From: Octopus vulgaris
Lineage: Eukaryota
Direction: 5' to 3'
Assembly: GCA_951406725.2 (NCBI GenBank)
Contig: OX597823.1
Coordinates: forward strand, 93,806,001-93,870,000
DNA: 64,000 nt
Positions 56,246 to 64,000 of this stretch are shown one piece after another. Within the stretch, counting starts at the first letter, position 1, and the number at the start of each line of letters is the position of its first letter. Below the pieces are notes generated by a model. It ran no database searches and had not been told where the DNA came from. It saw only the letters and a program-made list of their open reading frames with translations. Made by a program: the position numbers and the translations under genes.

Positions 56246-56750
56246 TATTAAGGGCATTACTATACATAGATGCCTCACACCAGAAGGAACTCTTAAAGTC
56301 CAAACCAACAAAATAAAACATATTGTACCGAACGCGAGGGAATACAACTCTCGAAAGGAGCCTTTTAAAACCAGATTCAGCTGCATATCATATGATTTCA
56401 TAATTAATGCACAAAATGCATTTTTAGAGAGGCAATTCGAAAAGCCCACCTTTTACGCACACACATATATATATAAGTGTGGACAATTCTATGTACTATG
56501 CTGGATACGTCTGGAATGTTGATTTTTTGTTCATTTTAATGCGTCTTGATTATGCATACACTGATGATTAAAAAGTGCATTTTGTGCACTAATTATGAAA
56601 TCATATGATATGCAGTAGAATCTAGTTTTAAAAGGCTCGCTTCGAGAGTTGCATTCCCTCGCGTTCGGTACAATGTGTTTTATTTTGGTAGTTTTGACTT
56701 TAAGGGTCCCTCCTAGCGTAAGGCATTTATGTGTAGTAATGTCCTTAATA
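56246..56750. repeat. ~180 bp diverged inverted repeat with hammerhead-like motif (56557-56614 +)
   Basis: Arms 56246-56426 and 56569-56750; CTGATGA..AGTGCA/TGCACT..GAAA-TCATATGA-TA; weak stem I. Confidence 0.75.
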
Positions 56751-56845
56751 TAAATAAATATATTTAAGAGAAATATTTGAATGATTTTTCCTTTATGAGG
56801 TTTTTCACGCTAACTACTTAATAAATTATTATCCTATTTTTCAAT

Positions 56846-56894
<49 letters not shown>

Positions 56895-57149
56895 CAATTT
56901 AATAAATAAAACATATGCATACATACATATATGTACATGCTTACATCAATATGTATATATACATGCATATGTGGGTACAGGACACCACAAAAAACGTAGA
57001 GCACAACGAGAAACGAAAACATAAAAACAAAACAAGCAAACCGATTTTTTTTAACAACGAAAAAACAGAGTACAAGACATACAACACTAGGAACATTCCC
57101 CTTCTTCAGCTGCCCCTGTTTCGACTCAATGCGTGTTTCGAAAGTAATA

Positions 57150-57345
57150 CATATACATGTTGGGAAATTGGGAAATGGATCAAGGGTTTTGAGTGTGTGC
57201 ATGGGGGAAACGGAATTGGGGACAGAAATGTAAAAGGAAGGATGCCGTTGGAGTTTTGCGATGAGAAACAGTTGTGTGTGGCGAACACGTGCTTTGGGAA
57301 AACAAGCAAAAGTTAGGTGACTTTCAGTGCAGGAGGGTATGAATT
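57150..57345 (+). pseudogene. RTE-type apurinic endonuclease fragment
   Basis: GFECVHGGNGIGDRNVKGRMPLEFCDEKQLCVANTCF..VTF.AGG. Confidence 0.75.
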
Positions 57346-57741
57346 CCTTTTCGAAAAGTGATGTAACATTTCAATGTCGTAAAACAAATAATTTTCAGGA
57401 TAAAACATTAGAGTTAGCGACTGTCTAACTTGGAGCATAAGAGCATCGGGTATTTCATTCTGGCCAAGCAGCTACTCTGCTAAATGGCAATAACTCAGAA
57501 AGGGAATAACCCAGAATCTAGTCCACAGATGTTGTTTTGTATTGGATGAGAGTGCCGAGCTCCTTGTTCGAACATATATGGACACATATAGTGCGTCATC
57601 TAGCCATCTAGAAACGACGTTTCTTGGGGCTAAAACAACAGTACCGTCGCTCCTTTCAGGACAACCACATTTTGATGGCAAATAGCATTTACTTTAAAGA
57701 ACTGTTACTGTTGTCGCTATTTAGGGAGATTTTGAATAAGA

Positions 57742-57803
<62 letters not shown>

Positions 57804-57831
57804 ATAATATAGGACAATCAGCTAGTTGTCA

Positions 57832-57887
57832 TAATAATACTCACAGTTTCAGATGCCGGGGCTAAATGACATCCTCATCAGTTATTA
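57832..57887 (-). ncRNA. Type-I hammerhead ribozyme motif
   Basis: TAATAA-CTGATGA-GGATGTC(loop)GGCATCT-GAAA-CTGTGAG-TA-TTATTA; inverted twin at 57908-57963 has A9G. Confidence 0.8.
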
Positions 57888-58237
57888 AAACAAAAACGCT
57901 TTTGTATTAATAACTGATGGGGATGTCTTTTAGCCCCGGCATCTGAAACTCTGAGTATTATTACGAAAACTTACTGATTGTCCTATATATATATATATAT
58001 ATATATTTAGAGATAAATTCCTCTTTGTACATAATATCGAGGTCTCATTCATTCTTTAGTTGTCATATTATTATTATTATAAATATATATATTTACATAT
58101 ATATACATATATATATATACTATATATATATATACATATACATGCATGTGTATACATATATATATATACATATATATATATCATATATGTATATATATAT
58201 ATATGTATATATGTGTGTGTATATGTACATATATATG

Positions 58238-58291
<54 letters not shown>

Positions 58292-58739
58292 CACATACAC
58301 GCATACACATATGATATGCACAATGCTTTCTTAGAGTTTAGTCATCAAACGTGAAAATAACAAATGGAATCTAACAGAGTCGCATTAAACAACAATAAAT
58401 ATCAACGGCAATAACAACAAAAATTGATAAAATAATATTCTACATTAATTACCAAATGTTTTTTCAATACGTTCAAGTCAAATTTTCTTATTTCAAAAAT
58501 TTCGTAAATGGAATTTGTTGTTTGTGACGATCTTTCTTTTGTTCTGTCAGAAATCCATTAATTACAACCATTTTACGCATTCACTTTCAAACTGACATAC
58601 ACCACATAACCCGTTCGCCTACATTTAAGGTGTTTATATTTGTGTATATAAATATAAACGTATATATATGTATGCACGCATGTGTATGCTTGTGTATGTA
58701 TGCACGCATTATATACATTATATACATTATATACATTTC

Positions 58740-58940
58740 TTCTTTTACTTTTTCAGTCATCTGACTAAGGCTATGCTAGAACATTGCCTTGCAAGGTTTT
58801 AGTCGAACGAATCGACCCCAAGACTTATATCTTAAGACTAGTACTTATTTTACCGGTCGCTTTTGCCGATCCGCTAAGTTACATGGATATCAAAACACGA
58901 ACACCGGCTGTTAAGCGGTGATGGAGACAAACACAGACAA
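58740..58940 (-). mobile_element. 3' half of SINE family seen at 31133-31556
   Basis: ttagtcgaacgaatcgacccc...gtacttatt...ttttgccgatccgctaag. Confidence 0.65.
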
Positions 58941-59001
58941 AAAAACAAACATATAGATATGTGCATATATAAATATATATATCTGTGTGTTTGTGCGTGT
59001 A

Positions 59002-59075
<74 letters not shown>

Positions 59076-59096
59076 AGAGAGAGAGAGAGAGAGAGA

Positions 59097-59206
59097 AGAG
59101 AGACTGAGAGAGACAGCCAAACAGACAGACAGAGAATTTGAAGTGATGTACATATATTGTATATTTAGAAAAATAATGTAGTCAGAATGTTGGATGACTA
59201 TATATA

Positions 59207-59242
<36 letters not shown>

Positions 59243-59344
59243 CATCCAACATTCTGACTACATTATTTTTCTAAATATACAATATATGTACATCACTTCA
59301 AAAATTCTCTGTCTGTCTGTTTGACTGTCTCTCTCAGTCTCTCT
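59097..59344. repeat. ~100 bp near-perfect inverted repeat around a (TA)n spacer
   Basis: 59097-59197 vs 59242-59344. Confidence 0.85.
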
Positions 59345-59674
59345 CTTTCTCTCTCCATGTTGACGAATTCAAATATAAAAATTCTGTTTCCTTCTCCACC
59401 CTAAAAGTTCACTAAGTACTAAACAAATAAGTCTACCCATACCAATAAAAGCCACGGGTCTTTCCTCCCCTCCTCCCTAATATTTTTTCTTCTTTTTCTT
59501 CTCTTGCTGGACTAACCCCAAAAATTTTAATTTATAGAAAGACCACAAAATCTAACTTTAAACTATTTTGATAAATCTGATAACGGAAGAAAGCGCTAAA
59601 AGTGTAAATAAAAAGATATATACAATCATCCAACATTCGGACTATAAAATTATTCTTAAGATATATATGTATAC

Positions 59675-60015
<341 letters not shown>

Positions 60016-60028
60016 AAAGAAAAATATG

Positions 60029-60071
<43 letters not shown>

Positions 60072-61794
60072 ATATATTTGAAATAAAATATTTACGTAGT
60101 CCAAAACTGGTTATACGTTAAATCTGGTATCTTTCGTTTTTTTCAATATTTGTAATCTTTTAATATATGTATTATGAAATTCGAAATAGGCAATGATAAT
60201 AATAATCTTCGCCGATGACCTGCATCTTGTACACTTAAACGTCTCTTCTTAGTTAAATGCATTGATATTTAGCATTGTGTATAATTCTGTACTTTAACAG
60301 ATCCACAATACAGTAAAGTTACATATGACGGAATTGCTAAAACATGAGTGCTTGATATTTTTTATTATTCTTTGTTGAATATTCATGATTAACTTACTTT
60401 TCCCCTAGTAACATTGAGCGGCAAGTACGTCGTACAACTTGGTTTTCAAGCTGAATAGATAAAGGGATTCTTGTTACACTTTGTTGCATCTCGTTTCAGT
60501 TTCCTTGTTTACACATTGAAAGGAGTGTTCATTGCAAGACACTGTCAAATCGAAGTAGTTTTCAACCTAATACAAGGCAAAAACCTTCTTTTTGTTTTTC
60601 AGTTCCCATTTATGATGTCTCTGGTTCTGAAATTCGACTCGTAAGGATATCTTTTACTCGAGCATATTCTATGAGGTTCTTTGAAATCCCACACGATTAA
60701 TAAGGCCTATCTGCGTCAGCTTGGTCTATTATAAAAATTTCCAACAGACTCCAAATCGCACAGACTCAGCCGAACGCATCCACCTAATACTTATGTTTAT
60801 GCACAGATACATAAATACACATACACACACGTACGCACACATGAACACAGAAACACTCACACACACATATATACATATATACAAATACACAGGCGCGCAC
60901 ACAAACATACAGACACACGTCTCTCTCTTCTAATCAAGTCCTGCAATACTTGAATTCACAATGTAAATTCCAAACTTATTTAATAAATTTCCATCTCCAA
61001 AAGGATTTATGGAAAACAAAAGATATTATTTTAATATTACATTAAATATTTAATCAAGCATCTTCTACTTGAAACTGACTTTCTATATAATATTTTGTTA
61101 TATGAAAAGCATTGTCAATAACTTCAGATGACTCTTAAATTTTCTCATCTATGTGATTTGAATTATTTTTACATTATTGTTATTGTTGTTGTTGTTGTTG
61201 TTGCCGTTGTTATTTAGTTTTTGTAGTGTTTTTTTCTGCGAATCCATTAAGCAACGTTTTCCAGTTATGTTACAGAAAACCAGTATGAAGTGGAATTGGT
61301 AAAGTGTTTCTATCCCACAATGGTGTACGTTTGTTTGAATTTTTCTAAAATGTCATCCTTTTCTGTCCGTTTAAATGAAATGAAATACATCATCGTCATA
61401 CGAGTGTCCTCGATTGGAGCAAAGTTTTTTGAAGAGATTTATATAATGAGTGTTTATAGGAACATATTAATGACTTTTGAAATGTAAATATTTCTACGAA
61501 TAATATTGTTCTGCTTTTATGCAAGTTAATGGCATGGATTTCTGACGACGAATCGTCTCTGTTGTGATATTTTACTCGGAAAATTACTATTTTGTTTTGG
61601 ACTTCAATTTGACCAGCGTATAAGATATTATTATTTTAATGCACATATACGCACTAAAATATATACACTCACACACACGCGCGCGCTTGCACGCATACAT
61701 TCACACATGCATTCACATATACACATATACACAAATATACAAATATAGCATGACGCTCCAAAGCGATAGAGTTGCATTGAAATACATACACTCG

Positions 61795-61876
<82 letters not shown>

Positions 61877-61914
61877 CGTGGTTATGCATACATATATATA
61901 TGTATATATATATA

Positions 61915-62611
61915 CGAATATAAACAAGAAGGGTAGTAATATTATTTACTACCAGGTGCCCAGCACAAAAGACGAATTAGTCATAAGACAAAAATATTAT
62001 TCATATAGAAAAATATTATTCATGTAGTTATACAATTAAGGGCTCCTAAATTAAGATGCCGAGTGCTGGGAACACAAAAAGGGGATGAATTTATCGAGAG
62101 TGAAAATCAAAAACGTTTACCGATAACTTTAACAACTCGTACCGCGGTTTCTGCTTCTTTCTAGCAAAACAGAGAATATGTTTGCTAAGGCTAGCTTCAT
62201 CAGCGAGTCGCCTAAATTTAATTGAGGTCTGCAGCGATGTGGGACCATGTGTTGAACCCGACTACTAGCAGATCTTAACTTTTCAAATCTCTGCGCAGAC
62301 GCAAAACCTACAAGGCAGTATAGGGCATGCCGGGAAGAATTTTACGAATAAATCCATCATGTAATATGCGAATATAAACAAGAAGGGTAGTAATATTATT
62401 TACTACCAGGTGCCCAGCACAAAAGACGAATTAGTCATAAGACAAAAATATTATTCATATAGAAAAATATTATTCATGTAGTTATACAATTAAGGGCTCC
62501 TAAATTAAGATGCCGAGTGCTGGGAACACAAAAAGGGGATGAATTTATCGAGAGTGAAAATCAAAAACGTTTACCGATAACTTTAACAACTCGTACCGCG
62601 GTTTCTGCTTC

Positions 62612-62615
<4 letters not shown>
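61915..62615 (-). mobile_element. Partial tandem (454 bp period) non-coding hammerhead element
   Basis: 61915-62160 essentially identical to 62369-62615; (TA)n flanks. Confidence 0.85.
62134..62209 (-). ncRNA. Type-I hammerhead ribozyme motif, irregular long stem II
   Basis: GACTCG-CTGATGA-[..TAGCAAA/TTTGCTA..]-GAAA-CCGCGG-TA-CGAGTT. Confidence 0.75.
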
Positions 62616-62642
<27 letters not shown>

Positions 62643-62647
62643 ATGTT

Positions 62648-62740
62648 TGCGGCTGAAGAGAGCTTTAAACCATCTTTTATATCAATAATACACTGATGTA
62701 ATAATGGATTGTTTATAAAACTTGAAACACGTGTACCGCG
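62648..62740 (+). ncRNA. Type-I hammerhead ribozyme motif, long stem II
   Basis: GCGG-CTGAAGA-GAG...CTT-GAAA-CACGTG-TA-CCGC. Confidence 0.75.
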
Positions 62741-63362
62741 ATATCCTTTGTGTTCTGTTTTTAATTTTATTTGTATATATACATATATATATATATAACT
62801 AATCTAGATGGGAACCATCATTCCCCAACTCAGTAAATGAAGGACCTGTCCAAAGCTATGCTATGAGACATATACCATAAAAAATATTAATCTAAAATTT
62901 TAATGATATATAATATTGAACAGTAAGATTATTCCAATCATATAATATGTAAGAGCAAATACTTTTAAAATCACATTGAATACCATATAACTAAACGGGT
63001 TCTTCATTGACTGAGTTGTGGAATAATAGTCCGTCTCTAAATCAGTTATATACATATACTATATATTATATATTACGAAAATCCGGTCTAATATTATTAT
63101 ACTGAATTTTACCTGTAAGGCTGGAATAATAATTTATTCCCTAATATTATAAATATATATATTAGTTAAGTAAGAAAATTAGACTTGATTAAGTAAAAGC
63201 CTTGCAAAAGCTCGTCCACAGTTTTTGACTGCATGATACCATCATACAATGGAAATGGCCCAGTTGTTATACGATGTAAATCAGTATTTTCCACAGAATC
63301 CATAGTGTTTATATAAAAAATATGCGATGTAAAATGGAATGAACGACATTCTTTACTTTGAA

Positions 63363-63470
63363 CATCATTACAATTGTTTCGACACAGTTTTGCACTTTTC
63401 GTACATTCGAGAGATATTGTGTAATGGCTATCGTGTAACCAGGGTGTTACAAGCTACTCCTCAGGTGATT
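63363..63470 (-). ncRNA. Hammerhead motif with putatively branched stem II
   Basis: ATCAC-CTGAGGA-[~80 nt]-GAAA-CAATTG-TA-ATGAT (one stem I mismatch). Confidence 0.65.
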
Positions 63471-63748
63471 CGTTAAATAAGTCCTTCGAGGCGTGTCATT
63501 TCCAAAAGTGTACAAATAAAACTAAACCTATAGATATAGTGACTGATAAAAACAATTATAATCAAAACACTAAATACATAATGAATCAGACAAAAGAAGA
63601 AAAACTATCAATTACCATTGTATTTTAATAGTTGGAATATTTGGAAGATATCTCTAAACAGACTGAAAAATAAAATGAAGAATAAAATTCAACTGCATCT
63701 TTCACTGAGAATAATGAGGAGCGGATCTAACGATGGTCTTATTTAAAC

Positions 63749-63853
63749 AATCACCTGAGGAGGGGCATTTTACAGCATTGATGTATGATAATGGTTACAC
63801 AACATTTCACCGACTAAAGGTGAAAAAAATGTATTGAAACAATTGTAGTGATT
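63749..63853 (+). ncRNA. Hammerhead motif with putatively branched stem II
   Basis: AATCAC-CTGAGGA-[~75 nt]-GAAA-CAATTG-TA-GTGATT; perfect 6-bp stem I. Confidence 0.72.
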
Positions 63854-64000
63854 TTTAAATAAAGAATGTCGCTCATCCCATTCTTTATCATTTATCTATG
63901 TAAAACTCTACGGGTACTATGGAAATCCTTCGTGTATATCCAGCAGCAGCATTTCACCAGTATGATGGTAACAGACGTAGCTTCGTGGTAAGAAGCTTGA

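Overview
AT-rich, microsatellite-saturated eukaryotic non-coding DNA. The SINE families and repeat style point to a coleoid cephalopod, probably Octopus (inference). No intact host gene is visible, and almost all supplied ORFs are translations of simple repeats. The window is a mosaic of tRNA-derived SINEs, decayed CR1, RTE and R4-like LINE pieces, a decayed Tc1 transposon, and many Penelope-like element (PLE) remnants: a GIY-YIG fragment, an RT fragment, and tandem or inverted pseudo-LTRs sitting in (TA)n. The main hidden signal is about 20 type-I hammerhead ribozyme (HHR) motifs, read by eye, from many unrelated sequence families. They include U3:A8 and A6U core variants and long or branched stem II forms. 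The best candidate for an undescribed system is a four-copy element built as tRNA-like Pol III head + (AAT)n linker + hammerhead-containing PLE-type tail. It shows PLE-style 5' inversions and carries a cargo insert, suggesting a ribozyme-bearing SINE mobilised by Penelope-like machinery. All structures were derived manually and none was computationally or experimentally validated.
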